Assembly: GCA_937899835.1 (NCBI GenBank)
Contig: CALCCE010000251.1
Location: 30,623-94,622, forward strand
DNA: 64,000 nt
Reading direction: 5' to 3'
Origin: an uncultured Flavobacteriales bacterium
GTDB taxonomy: Bacteria > Bacteroidota > Bacteroidia > Flavobacteriales_G > Salibacteraceae
The first letter of the stretch is position 1. Every line of letters starts with the position of its first letter. The notes under the pieces were generated by a model that saw nothing but the letters and a program-made list of their open reading frames with translations, was not told the origin of the DNA and searched no databases. Positions 1 to 9,547 of the stretch are shown here, in pieces. The translations under genes and the position numbers were made by a program.

Positions 1-1
1 T

Positions 2-1171
2 TCTACCCGCGTAGCGAGTAGTACGGTATTTACCGGGGCCTCCCTGAGCAAGCCCATCACGGCGATGGCTGCCCTGCGGCTGGTGGAAAGCGGAAAGTTG
101 AACCTGGACGAGGATGTGAACCAACAACTGACTTCCTGGAAAGTGCCGGAAAATGAATGGACGGCCACGGAGAAAGTGACCTTGCGTAGGCTCATCGGCC
201 ACAGCGCAGGCATCAAAAACGATATGTGGAGCAGTTATTTACCCGATGAGACGGTCCCAACCCTTACCCAAATGCTGGCTGGTAAGTCCCCCTCGGTGGA
301 TCCGGCCACCTCCCTTATTCGCGAACCGGGTAGTAAGGTCAGCTATTCCAATCCCGGATACAGCATCATTCAGCAATTGCTAATGGACGTTTCCGGCCAA
401 GCTTTCGCTCCGCTCATCGACGAACTGGTGTTTTCGCCCGTAGGCATGAAACACTCTTCCTTTCTGCAACCTTTGCCGGAACACCTGATGGCGCACCGGG
501 CCACTGGCTACACCGAAAACCTGGAACCTTACCCCTACCGCTTGTTTCCCTATCAAGCGGCCGGCGGCATTTGGACTACCCCCACCGATTTGGCCCAGTT
601 TCTCATCGCACTGCTCGACGACCACCACAAGGGCACCCAAACCCTCGTTTCGCAGCAAACCACCCAAACGGTATTTAAAAAATTCGGCGGTCGGTTTGTG
701 TTTTCCCTGTGGGACTGGGGCGAAGACATTGTTTTCATGCACTCGGGCAGCAATCAAGGCTTTAACTGCATCCTTTTCGGTTCTTTGGCCAAGAACCAGG
801 GCGTTGTGGTGATGACCAACAGCGACAACGCTTTCGGATTTTTCGACTACGTGCAACGGGCCATCAGCCACGAGTACCAATGGGAATATGTGCGACCTGA
901 AATACACGAACCTGTTACCAAGGCCTTGAATTGGGTCGATCCCTTCTTGGGGGAATACCCATGGAGAGACCAAAAGGTGCGCTTCAGACAGGTGAAAGAC
1001 CAGTTATGGTTGGCCATCGAAGATCAAAAAGTGTTGCTTACTCAAACCGATGAGCGCACTTTCATAGAGCCTGAACGGCCCCTCAAAATCACTTTTCCGG
1101 AAAATACGGAAGGCAGAATCACTATTTGGGAGCCCAGCGGCTACCCGTATCGCATAAAGGTGAATCCTTAA
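2..1171 (+). CDS. serine hydrolase, class C beta-lactamase/esterase-like family (5' end outside window)
   Basis: The frame is open from nt 2 to the listed ATG at 65. The upstream codons encode TGASLSKPIT, which contains the S-x-x-K active-site motif (nt 41-52). Downstream Y-S-N (VSYSNPGY) and H-S-G (FMHSGSNQG) motifs fit this family, so the true start lies upstream of the window. Confidence 0.8.
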   Translation, partial: STRVASSTVFTGASLSKPITAMAALRLVESGKLNLDEDVNQQLTSWKVPENEWTATEKVTLRRLIGHSAGIKNDMWSSYLPDETVPTLTQMLAGKSPSVDPATSLIREPGSKVSYSNPGYSIIQQLLMDVSGQAFAPLIDELVFSPVGMKHSSFLQPLPEHLMAHRATGYTENLEPYPYRLFPYQAAGGIWTTPTDLAQFLIALLDDHHKGTQTLVSQQTTQTVFKKFGGRFVFSLWDWGEDIVFMHSGSNQGFNCILFGSLAKNQGVVVMTNSDNAFGFFDYVQRAISHEYQWEYVRPEIHEPVTKALNWVDPFLGEYPWRDQKVRFRQVKDQLWLAIEDQKVLLTQTDERTFIEPERPLKITFPENTEGRITIWEPSGYPYRIKVNP

Positions 1172-1172
1172 A

Positions 1173-1634
1173 CTACCTTTGTTTTGCCTCCTTTTCGGCC
1201 AGTTGCCGCACCGCTTCCAGCGAAGCCTTCCACAGGGCCGGCGTTTCTGCAAATGCTTTTTGGCCGCCTTCCAACGTGGCAAAATCGCCTTGCTCGATGC
1301 TCAAGCGAATGCCTTTCCCTTCGGAAGTAAAACTTAAGGTGACCGTGGTGTAATTGTCCGGGATGTCGGCTCGGCCAGAGGAAATCCAAATGATGTCGTA
1401 CTGATACCGGCGGTAAGGATCGTATTCCAGCAGGGTGCCTTTCAAGATCAGGTGTTCTTCGCCTGCCTCATTGGGTCCATACCAGTTGACGGGCTCCCCT
1501 ACTTTCCAGGAAGATTGCACTCCTATACCATACATGTAGGTGCGGGTGGATTCGGCAGTGGTCAGGTGTTTCCAAATCGTTGCAGCAGGTGCTTCGATGT
1601 AGATGCTTTCGCGAACAATTAGTGGTGCAGACAT
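1173..1634 (-). CDS. SRPBCC / AHSA1-like domain protein
   Basis: A 153-aa product from ATG 1634 (MSAPLIVRESIYIEAPAATIWKHLTTAE...) has size and N-terminal pattern typical of AHSA1/SRPBCC proteins. The longer ORF-track start at 1688 adds an unlikely 18-aa leader. Confidence 0.65.
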   Translation of the reverse strand: MSAPLIVRESIYIEAPAATIWKHLTTAESTRTYMYGIGVQSSWKVGEPVNWYGPNEAGEEHLILKGTLLEYDPYRRYQYDIIWISSGRADIPDNYTTVTLSFTSEGKGIRLSIEQGDFATLEGGQKAFAETPALWKASLEAVRQLAEKEAKQR

Positions 1635-1699
1635 GTCTTCGTTTTTGGATGCAAAGGTGGGCACTCGCCCTTTTGAAAATGTACACAATCGGGATTAAA

Positions 1700-2617
1700 T
1701 CAACCCTTCGCTTTTCGGTAGTCCCGTGGGGATTGCTCGAACTGTTTGCGAAATGCGGTGGCCAAATGTTGCGGAGAACTGTAGCCCAACTCCACTGCAA
1801 TGTCTTTCACGGCCACTTGCGAGTCCAACAACAGTTGCCGGGCCTTTTCCAATCGCAATGCGGTGAGGTATTTAAAAATACTGGTGCCAAACCGAGCTTT
1901 GAAGCCCCGCTTCAACTTGTACTCGTTGAGGCCCACCGCGCGCGCAATCTCCGGCAAGGTAGGCGGATCGTTGAAACGGCTACGCAGCAATTCCCGCACC
2001 TCGTCCAATTGCTTTTGTTCTTTTGGCGACCATCCTTCTACGCGCACCGGGTCTTCAGCACCAAGGGCCTCGGCCTGCAATACCAAAATTTCGATGGTCT
2101 TGAACCAAATCCATTGCCGTTGTAAATTCCCGGAAAACGGGTTGTCGATCACCGATTGAATGGCCTGCCGCAGCGCACCATCCCAATTCCCCCACTTAGG
2201 GCGCAAAAGCCCCGCTTTGCCTTCCAAAATGCCATCGGCAAACCGGCGAATCGAATCGCTGGCGCTTTCCGTCAACTGCACAAAGCGGTCGCGGTGCAAT
2301 TGAATGCCAAAGGTTTCGATGGCCGTATCGTAGTGGTGCACCACCATATCGCCAAAAGGAGCATACAACAAATTGTGGTGGCCGGCCTGTAGCACATCGG
2401 TTTGCCCGATACGCTCGGCCTTGAAGCTGCAAGCTCCCTTCAAGGCAAAGTGCAGGTGAACGATATCGCGGTCGTCCTGCCAGCTAAAACGACCGGGCTG
2501 TTGAAAGCGCGAATGGGCGTGCGCTACTTGAACGCCTTCCAATTGCCATCGGCGGATGCTGACGCTTCCCTGGTCGGTGCGAAAATTATTGGCTTCAAAA
2601 GGCGGATCGATCTTCAT
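1700..2617 (-). CDS. AraC/XylS family transcriptional regulator
   Basis: The C terminus carries a double helix-turn-helix (LPEIARAVGLNEYKLKRGFKARFGTSIFKYLTALRLEKARQLL...GYSSPQHLATAFRKQF). The start was chosen at ATG 2617 (MKIDPPFE). The gene is divergent from the TonB-dependent receptor gene. Confidence 0.85.
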   Translation of the reverse strand: MKIDPPFEANNFRTDQGSVSIRRWQLEGVQVAHAHSRFQQPGRFSWQDDRDIVHLHFALKGACSFKAERIGQTDVLQAGHHNLLYAPFGDMVVHHYDTAIETFGIQLHRDRFVQLTESASDSIRRFADGILEGKAGLLRPKWGNWDGALRQAIQSVIDNPFSGNLQRQWIWFKTIEILVLQAEALGAEDPVRVEGWSPKEQKQLDEVRELLRSRFNDPPTLPEIARAVGLNEYKLKRGFKARFGTSIFKYLTALRLEKARQLLLDSQVAVKDIAVELGYSSPQHLATAFRKQFEQSPRDYRKAKG

Positions 2618-2804
2618 TGGCAAGAAATTTGGTGAGAGGGCAACCCAGATGCAACCTAAAAGGCATTGCGGTGTTCTACCTAACAAAGAAACATTTTTAC
2701 CTCCACCTTACCACGCCCTTGAAGCCTTCCTATATGCTCGGGAATTGCACCACTGGAAAACCGCCCTGCTTTGGTTTAGTTAGTACCTTCGAATTCCCCA
2801 AGTT

Positions 2805-5204
2805 GTGAATCAGAAACTTGTTTTGAACCCAAACCTGAGACATCTCCTCCTCGGTTTTCTCTTGCTGATCGTTTGGAGCAGCACCGCAGAAAAAAGCCTT
2901 GCCCAACGTTTTACTCTGAGTGGCTATGTGAAAGAAGCCGCCACCGGCGAAGTGCTGGTTGGAGCCAACGTATACGTCAAAGAACTACTCAAGGGCACCA
3001 CCACCAACAACTACGGTTTTTATTCCATGACCTTGCCCGAGGGCAACTACACGGTAGTCATCAGCTACATTGGCTTCACCGATACCAGTAGGGTCCTCGA
3101 ACTGAACAAGGACATCCGCTACAACATGGACCTGAAATCCAAGGCGGTGCTCACTCAGGAAGTAGAAATTACCGGCGAACGGGCCGACAAAAACACCGAA
3201 GATGCACAGATGGGCGTGGTGGAGTTGGAGATGAAGCAAATCAAAGAGCTACCGGCCTTTTTGGGCGAAGTAGACTTGCTGAAAACCATTCAGTTGTTGC
3301 CCGGGGTGCAATCCGCGGGCGAAGGCAACGCCGGTTTTTACGTTCGTGGCGGTGGCCCGGATCAAAACCTTATCCTGTTGGATGAAGGCGTGATTTACAA
3401 TGCTTCTCACCTGTTTGGCTTTTTCTCGGTGTTCAACTCCGATGCGGTAAAAAACATTGAACTGACCAAGGGCGGCATGCCTGCCCAATATGGCGGACGC
3501 CTGGCTTCGGTGCTGGACGTTTCCATGAAGGAAGGCAACAACAAAAACTACGAAGCTACCGGCGGCATCGGGCTCATTTCTTCTCGCCTTACCCTGGAAG
3601 GACCTATTAAAAAGGATACCGCTTCTTTCATGATCTCCGGTCGGCGGACCTACATCGACGTGCTGGCTGCGCCTTTCATTCCCGATTCGTCGGCTTTTTC
3701 AGGCTCAGGATATTTTTTTTACGACCTCAACGGCAAGGCCAACTGGACCATTAGTGACAAAGACCGGTTGTTTTTGAGCGGCTACCTGGGGCGGGATATC
3801 TTCACCTTTTCCAACAACGAAGACGATTTCAAAGTGCGGGTGCCCTGGGGCAATTCCACCCTTGCTCTACGCTGGAATCACCTCTTTAGCGACAAACTTT
3901 TTGCCAACACCACCTTCATCTACAGCGACTACGAATTTGCTTTTGAAGCGACTCAAAGCGACTTTGATTTCAAGTTGTTCTCGGGCATTGAAGACTGGAA
4001 CGGCAAGGTGGATTTCAATTATTTTCCCAGCATTCGGCACGATGTAAAATTCGGGCTGCACTACACCTTTCACACCTTCACGCCTTCCAGCGTTACCGCC
4101 CGGCAAGGTGAAACCACCTTCGACACGGGAGAAATTCTGAAACAGTATGCCCACGAAGCGGCCCTCTACATCAACGACGAGTTTGACCTCACCGAGAATC
4201 TCCGCATCAATGCCGGAGTGCGCTACTCGGGTTTCAGGCAAATCGGTCCCTTCAGCCGTTTTGTGAAAGACGAAATCGGCACCAGCATCGACACCATCGA
4301 CTATGGCCGGGGCGAAAATGTGGCCACCTACACCGGGCTTGAACCGCGCTTAACGGTGCGCTACCGCCTCAACAGCCGGTCTTCTTTAAAAGCAGCCTAC
4401 ACGCTCAACTATCAATACATTCACCTGGCTTCGCTGAGTGGTGTAAGTCTTCCGACCGATGTGTGGGTTTCCAGTTCCGACAAAGTGAAACCGCAACGGG
4501 GAGTCCAATATGCCGTGGGCTATTTTCAAAATTTTGCCGAAAACCGATGGGAGAGTTCTGTGGAGTTGTATTACAAGGACATGACCAACCTGGTGGAATA
4601 CAAAGAAGGTTCGCTGCCGGAGGACGACATTGCCGACAATGCCGATAACAATTTCACTTTTGGTGACGGTACGGCCTATGGTGCAGAATTTTTCATCAAA
4701 AAACGCACTGGAAAAGCCACCGGCTGGATTGGCTACACGTGGTCGAAAACCACCCGCCAATTCGATGACATTAACAACGGGGAGGCTTTCCCGGCCCGCT
4801 ACGACCGGCGGCACGACCTTTCTATTGTGCTGGCTTACCAACTGAACGAGCGTTGGAGCTTCGGCGGCACTTTTGTGTATGGCACCGGAAACGCCCTCAC
4901 CCTACCCGTAGCCCGCTACGTGATCGAGGGCCGAGTCGTCAACGAATATACCGACCGCAATGGCTATCGCATGATCCCCTACCACCGGGCCGACATCGCG
5001 GCCACGCTGCACGGCAAAAAAGGCAAACGTTTCACCTCCGATTGGGTGTTTTCCATTTTCAACATCTACAACCGGGCCAACCCTTATTTCATTTATTTCG
5101 ACAATACCGGAAACCTATCTCAGGGCACTTTGGACATTCAAGCCTACCAGGTTTCTCTGTTTCCCATTCTTCCCTCCGTCACCTGGAATTTTCACCTGAA
5201 ATGA
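2805..5204 (+). CDS. TonB-dependent outer-membrane receptor with N-terminal carboxypeptidase-regulatory-like domain
   Basis: It has a GTG start, a signal peptide, a CarboxypepD_reg pattern (RFTLSGYVKEAATGEVLVGANVYV...TTNNYGFYSMTLPEGNYTVVISYIGF), a plug region (LLPGVQSAGEGNAGFYVRGGGPDQNLILLDEGVIYN) and a long beta-barrel region. Confidence 0.9.
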   Translation: MNQKLVLNPNLRHLLLGFLLLIVWSSTAEKSLAQRFTLSGYVKEAATGEVLVGANVYVKELLKGTTTNNYGFYSMTLPEGNYTVVISYIGFTDTSRVLELNKDIRYNMDLKSKAVLTQEVEITGERADKNTEDAQMGVVELEMKQIKELPAFLGEVDLLKTIQLLPGVQSAGEGNAGFYVRGGGPDQNLILLDEGVIYNASHLFGFFSVFNSDAVKNIELTKGGMPAQYGGRLASVLDVSMKEGNNKNYEATGGIGLISSRLTLEGPIKKDTASFMISGRRTYIDVLAAPFIPDSSAFSGSGYFFYDLNGKANWTISDKDRLFLSGYLGRDIFTFSNNEDDFKVRVPWGNSTLALRWNHLFSDKLFANTTFIYSDYEFAFEATQSDFDFKLFSGIEDWNGKVDFNYFPSIRHDVKFGLHYTFHTFTPSSVTARQGETTFDTGEILKQYAHEAALYINDEFDLTENLRINAGVRYSGFRQIGPFSRFVKDEIGTSIDTIDYGRGENVATYTGLEPRLTVRYRLNSRSSLKAAYTLNYQYIHLASLSGVSLPTDVWVSSSDKVKPQRGVQYAVGYFQNFAENRWESSVELYYKDMTNLVEYKEGSLPEDDIADNADNNFTFGDGTAYGAEFFIKKRTGKATGWIGYTWSKTTRQFDDINNGEAFPARYDRRHDLSIVLAYQLNERWSFGGTFVYGTGNALTLPVARYVIEGRVVNEYTDRNGYRMIPYHRADIAATLHGKKGKRFTSDWVFSIFNIYNRANPYFIYFDNTGNLSQGTLDIQAYQVSLFPILPSVTWNFHLK

Positions 5205-6157
5205 TGCGCAAACGACATAGCATATGGATGCTCGGCCTGCTGCTGATGGGGTGGATGACGGCCTGCGAAGACCCCATTGAGGTAGACCTGCCGGACGTGG
5301 AACAGAAAATTGTGGTGGAAGGCTCTATTGAACAAACGCAACCGCCTTTTGTGGTGCTTACCCGCAGCACGGAGTATTTTGAGCCCACGAATTTGGAATC
5401 GTTTGAAAATTCCTTTGTACACGATGCGGTCATCACGGTGAACAACGGAGATGAGGAAATCACATTGGAAGAACTTTGTTCTGCCACCCTTCCCGACGAG
5501 TTTCGCCCCATAGCAGCTGAATTGTTAGGCGTTCCACTGAGCAGTTTGCAAAGCATCAATTATTGCATCTACACCGTTCCATTGCTCGATTTGCTGGGCG
5601 GCAACTTCTTTCAAGGAGAGATCGGTAAGCGCTACGACCTGCGGGTGCAAGTAGAAGGCAAAACCTTTACCGCGGCTACCAACATTCAAGAACCCATTCC
5701 GCTGGATTCTATTTGGTACGAGCCCCGTGGTGGCGACACTACCGAGATCGAAGGCGTGATCTGGGCCCAACTCACCGACCCTGATTCCATTGGGAACGCC
5801 TACCGCTGGCAGGCGCGTATTTTCAATAAGTCTACCGTTTTTGTGGCGCCCTTCAATTCTGCTTTCCGCGATGAATTCATCAACGGTACGACTTTCGATT
5901 TTGGCTACATTCACGGAGACGACCCCAACACCCTGGAAGGACAACGCTTTTTTCAAAGTGGCGACACTGTCATTGTAAAATTCAGTGCGATCGACCGGCC
6001 CTTCTATCGGTTCTTGCGGGTGTTTGAAAGCGAAGTGGCCAACAACGGCAACCCTTTTGCTGCTCCTACCACCATTCCCAGCAACATCGAAGGCGATGGG
6101 GGCCTGGGCATTTGGGGTGGCTACGGTGCCGATTACGATACGGTAATTTGCCGTTGA
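5201..6157 (+). CDS. DUF4249-family lipoprotein, copy 1
   Basis: ATGATG at 5201-5206 overlaps the receptor stop (TGA 5202-5204). It has a lipoprotein signal (MMRKRHSIWMLGLLLMGWMTAC) followed by EDPIEVDLPDVEQKIVVEGSIEQ..PFVVLTRS, the pattern I associate with DUF4249 partners of CarboxypepD_reg receptors. Confidence 0.75.
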   Translation: MMRKRHSIWMLGLLLMGWMTACEDPIEVDLPDVEQKIVVEGSIEQTQPPFVVLTRSTEYFEPTNLESFENSFVHDAVITVNNGDEEITLEELCSATLPDEFRPIAAELLGVPLSSLQSINYCIYTVPLLDLLGGNFFQGEIGKRYDLRVQVEGKTFTAATNIQEPIPLDSIWYEPRGGDTTEIEGVIWAQLTDPDSIGNAYRWQARIFNKSTVFVAPFNSAFRDEFINGTTFDFGYIHGDDPNTLEGQRFFQSGDTVIVKFSAIDRPFYRFLRVFESEVANNGNPFAAPTTIPSNIEGDGGLGIWGGYGADYDTVICR

Positions 6158-6210
6158 CAGCGCCATGCATTCATTTTAAAAAGTGGCAACATTTTTGCTA
6201 AAAGGCGGGC

Positions 6211-7170
6211 ATGCTGCCCAATGCTCCTCAATCCTTTAGAATTTCAATCTCCATGGCCTGCTTGGCCCTCTTTTTCCCGGCCTGCCAGGAATCCATCTCG
6301 ATCAACTTGCCCGATGAGGAAACGAAGGTGGTGGTTGAAGGGTACATCGAACAAAACCGACCACCTTACCTTTTTCTGACGCAAACCACCGAATATTTTG
6401 GTCCCACCGATCGCACCGCTTTTGAAGACAGCTTTTTGCACGAAGCCACGATCACGGTGAGCGATGGCCTGCAAACCACCCAACTGGAAGAGTATTGCAT
6501 GAACGACCTGAGTTCCCTGGAACGCTCCTTGTTTGCCCAGGCTACCAACATTCCGGTAGTGGAATTGCGACAAGCCAATTATTGTGTCTATTCAATACCC
6601 CGTGAAGATTTGCTCAACGGTACTTATATCCAAGGAAAGGTGGGCCGCTCCTACACCTTGCGCATTGAATATCGAGACGAAGTTTTTAGCGCAGTGACGA
6701 CCATTCCCGAACCGGTTCCGCTGGATTCTCTGTGGTTCGAAGTGCGCGATTCGGAGCTACGGGATGGGGTGCTTCGGGCCAAGATCATCGACCCGGCTAC
6801 GCCCGGAAACCACTACCGCTGGCAAGCGGATGTCATTGGTAAAGGAAGTGGATTTGTGGCGCCTCCTATTTCAGCCTTGAGCGATGAAACGTTCAACGGG
6901 AAGGCGTTTGAAATGACCCACGTTCACGGAGCCGACCCTTTCACTACCCAAGACACCCGTTTCTATGGTTCGGGCGAAAAGGTTGCGGTTAAATTCAGTT
7001 CGATTCCGGCAGATGTGTACCGTTTCGTGCGCAACTTTGAAAACGAAACCGCCAACAACGGCAATCCGTTTGCGGCACCCAGTTTTCCGGTAAGCAACAT
7101 CGACGGGGAAGGCGTTTTGGGCATTTGGGCGGGCTACGGAGCTACTTACGATACCATTCTTTGCCGGTAA
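6211..7170 (+). CDS. DUF4249-family lipoprotein, copy 2 (tandem paralog)
   Basis: It aligns end to end with copy 1, with roughly half of positions identical by eye. The shared C-terminal block is ANNGNPFAAP....SNI[ED]G.G.LGIW.GYGA.YDT..CR. The lipobox is FFPAC. An alternative start is ATG 6253. Confidence 0.75.
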   Translation: MLPNAPQSFRISISMACLALFFPACQESISINLPDEETKVVVEGYIEQNRPPYLFLTQTTEYFGPTDRTAFEDSFLHEATITVSDGLQTTQLEEYCMNDLSSLERSLFAQATNIPVVELRQANYCVYSIPREDLLNGTYIQGKVGRSYTLRIEYRDEVFSAVTTIPEPVPLDSLWFEVRDSELRDGVLRAKIIDPATPGNHYRWQADVIGKGSGFVAPPISALSDETFNGKAFEMTHVHGADPFTTQDTRFYGSGEKVAVKFSSIPADVYRFVRNFENETANNGNPFAAPSFPVSNIDGEGVLGIWAGYGATYDTILCR

Positions 7171-7358
7171 ACGGATGGAATAACTCGGAGCTGTGGAACA
7201 CATCCCATGCATTGAAGAGAAAGTAGCTTGATTTCCAACCCAAGCAATTGCCACCGACATCTATAAAATGGTGCAATCAACTCGCCAACTACATTGAGCC
7301 ATTTCTTGCTTTTGGAGAGTTGTACACCAGGAACCACAACCCCAATACAACCGATCTT

Positions 7359-8147
7359 ATGTTCCGCCTTGCTATCCTTTTTTTCTGCTTCCATCTCCTG
7401 AGTAGCTTATCGGCCTTCGCACAGACTCAATTGAGCACGGCCCCACCACAGCCCCAACCTTTCTACACCGGCAGCGCTTTGCCAACCCTTACCGAGGCTA
7501 ATGAAGATTCCATTTCCATCCCCAGCAATGGGCTTTTAAAGTTTACACTGCTCAAACCGCTACAACTCACCAATGCAGGTTTGGAGTTCGGCTACGAAAG
7601 GTGGTTTTCCCAAAAATATAGTGCCCAGGCCTCGTTGCTTTACTTGTTTCCGAACGGTACGCTCAACTTAAATTTACGGGATCCAGGGCCCAACATTAGA
7701 GGCTGGGGGTATTCCATAGAGACCAGGGCTTACCTCTACGAACCTACCAGTATCCTCTATCAAGCTTTCGGTAAACGTCTGAATTGGGTTTACCTTGGCC
7801 TGTCTTACGATCACGTGCGCCAAACCTTTGATGACGTCTACAATTTTGGAGAATATGACCCGAGCATTGACTCTGCCCTTGCCGCGGAAAACAATTATGA
7901 CGATAGCATTCAGGTAAGAAAGCGCACCCATACCGTTACTTTAAAACTGGGTTTTATTTTTCGGCACAAGCGCCTCTTTTTTGATGCCTATTACGGTTTT
8001 GGAATACGCGTGAAAAGAGCTGCTCACTATGGCCGCCTTCGTCCCGAAGATGAAATTGCTCCCGGAAATTCAACTTTCACAGATAGAAGCGGGATCAACA
8101 GTTATCCTCACTTTGCGCTCAACATCCGATTAGGGTATGCCTTTTGA
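7359..8147 (+). CDS. hypothetical secreted protein, possible small outer-membrane beta-barrel
   Basis: ATG 7359 gives a signal peptide (MFRLAILFFCFHLLSSLSAFAQ). The sequence has alternating aromatic/hydrophobic segments and a C-terminal ...NIRLGYAF ending in Phe, as in many outer-membrane barrels. I recognised no named family. Confidence 0.5.
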   Translation: MFRLAILFFCFHLLSSLSAFAQTQLSTAPPQPQPFYTGSALPTLTEANEDSISIPSNGLLKFTLLKPLQLTNAGLEFGYERWFSQKYSAQASLLYLFPNGTLNLNLRDPGPNIRGWGYSIETRAYLYEPTSILYQAFGKRLNWVYLGLSYDHVRQTFDDVYNFGEYDPSIDSALAAENNYDDSIQVRKRTHTVTLKLGFIFRHKRLFFDAYYGFGIRVKRAAHYGRLRPEDEIAPGNSTFTDRSGINSYPHFALNIRLGYAF

Positions 8148-8307
8148 GGTTACTTACCGAACAATTTATCGGCATTTCAACCCGCCAATCACTTTCTTCA
8201 GCTTTCCGATTAAATGCTAAAACCCACTAAATGAAACCGTTAGGCAACCTGCGTTGGACTTTGTGGGTTTTGTCGGTCAATTGTCATTTTCAGTTCCGCA
8301 TTCCTGC

Positions 8308-8315
8308 TATTTTTG
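8308..8315 (+). promoter_or_regulatory. candidate Bacteroidota -7 promoter box (TATTTTTG) for trxB
   Basis: This is an exact TAnnTTTG match 29 nt upstream of the trxB ATG. Confidence 0.4.
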
Positions 8316-8343
8316 TAGCATCATTTACAATCCCAAGAAGGAA

Positions 8344-9303
8344 ATGAGCGAAGAAACAGAACACGTAAAGTGCCTGATCATCGGATCGGGCCCCGCAGGA
8401 TATACCGCAGCCATATATGCTGCTCGTGCTGATTTGAAACCCGTGATGTACATGGGAATGCAGCCCGGTGGCCAATTGACAGAAACCACCGATGTGGACA
8501 ACTTCCCCGGTTACCCGGACGGCATCAACGGACCTCAAATGATGGAGGATTTACGCAAGCAGGCCGAACGGTTCGATACCGATGTGCGTTTCGGCTGGGC
8601 CAGTGATGTGGATTTCACCGGACCGGTGCACAAAGTAACCATCGATGGTAAAAAACAAATCACCGCTGATTCGGTGATCATTTCTACCGGAGCTTCCGCC
8701 AAATGGCTGGGACTGGAATCGGAACTGCGCCTGCGCGATGCTGGTGGTGGCGTTTCGGCCTGTGCGGTGTGTGATGGATTTTTCTACCGCGATCAAGACG
8801 TGGCCATAGTGGGTGGAGGCGATACGGCCGCCGAAGAAGCGACTTACCTCGCCAAATTGTGCCGCAAGGTGTACATGATCGTTCGCCGGGACGAGTTTCG
8901 GGCTTCGAAAGCCATGGTGCACCGCATCAACAAAACAGAAAACATTGAAGTGCTCTTCAACCACGAAACCGTAGAGGTTTTGGGTGATGAAGGGGTAAAG
9001 GGAGTGCGCCTCCTCAACAACAAGACTCAGGAAACGAAGGAAGTGGATATCACTGGTTTCTTCGTGGCCATTGGGCACAAACCCAATACCGACATTTTCA
9101 AAGGATGGCTCGACATGGATGATGTAGGCTACATCGTCAACAAGCCGGGCACCGCTGAAACCAACATTCCGGGCATTTTTGTTTCGGGTGATGCTGCCGA
9201 CAAAGTATATCGCCAGGCGGTAACCGCTGCCGGCACCGGTTGTATGGCTGCTTTGGATGCCGAGCGCTATCTCGCTGAAATTGAAGACGCAGTAGAGGTG
9301 TAA
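8344..9303 (+). CDS. trxB: thioredoxin-disulfide reductase
   Basis: It has the FAD motif (LIIGSGPAGYTAAIYAARA), the redox-active CAVC (SACAVCDGFF) and the NADPH motif (VAIVGGGDTAAEEA). ATG 8344 was preferred over the extended ORF start at 8254. Confidence 0.95.
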   Translation: MSEETEHVKCLIIGSGPAGYTAAIYAARADLKPVMYMGMQPGGQLTETTDVDNFPGYPDGINGPQMMEDLRKQAERFDTDVRFGWASDVDFTGPVHKVTIDGKKQITADSVIISTGASAKWLGLESELRLRDAGGGVSACAVCDGFFYRDQDVAIVGGGDTAAEEATYLAKLCRKVYMIVRRDEFRASKAMVHRINKTENIEVLFNHETVEVLGDEGVKGVRLLNNKTQETKEVDITGFFVAIGHKPNTDIFKGWLDMDDVGYIVNKPGTAETNIPGIFVSGDAADKVYRQAVTAAGTGCMAALDAERYLAEIEDAVEV

Positions 9304-9335
9304 GTACAGAACACTAACCAACATGATAGATTGAA

Positions 9336-9363
9336 GAGGCCGACTCCTACCAGAGCCGGCCTC
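9336..9363. terminator. hairpin between convergent trxB and the 649-aa gene
   Basis: GAGGCCGACTC-CTACCA-GAGCCGGCCTC forms an 11-bp stem with one mismatch. It is followed by TTTGCATTTC on the plus strand. Confidence 0.5.
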
Positions 9364-9547
9364 TTTGCATTTCTATTTCTACAAACCTTCTTCTTCAACA
9401 ATTAGAGCAGGTTTGTGAGTTTCATTTGAAGACGGAAAGCTGAAGACCTCCCTCATAATACCTGCTCATCCATTAAACACAATTTACCTAGGTTTGGCAA
9501 GTACCAACCTTTCGCAGCGAATGGGTTTTAGAGCTGCGGCATTCCGC

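Noticed and set aside
3713-3720. T8 homopolymer inside the TonB-dependent receptor gene as a slipped-strand phase-variation tract
   Set aside because: It encodes in-frame Y-F-F-Y within a conserved barrel region. It is a single short tract with no other evidence of phase variation.
4853-5200. N-terminal 116 aa of ORF 4853..6157 (434 aa)
   Set aside because: It lies inside the 3' end of the TonB-dependent receptor gene in another frame. The translation is Arg/His/Pro-rich junk. The real gene starts at ATG 5201 with a lipoprotein signal peptide.
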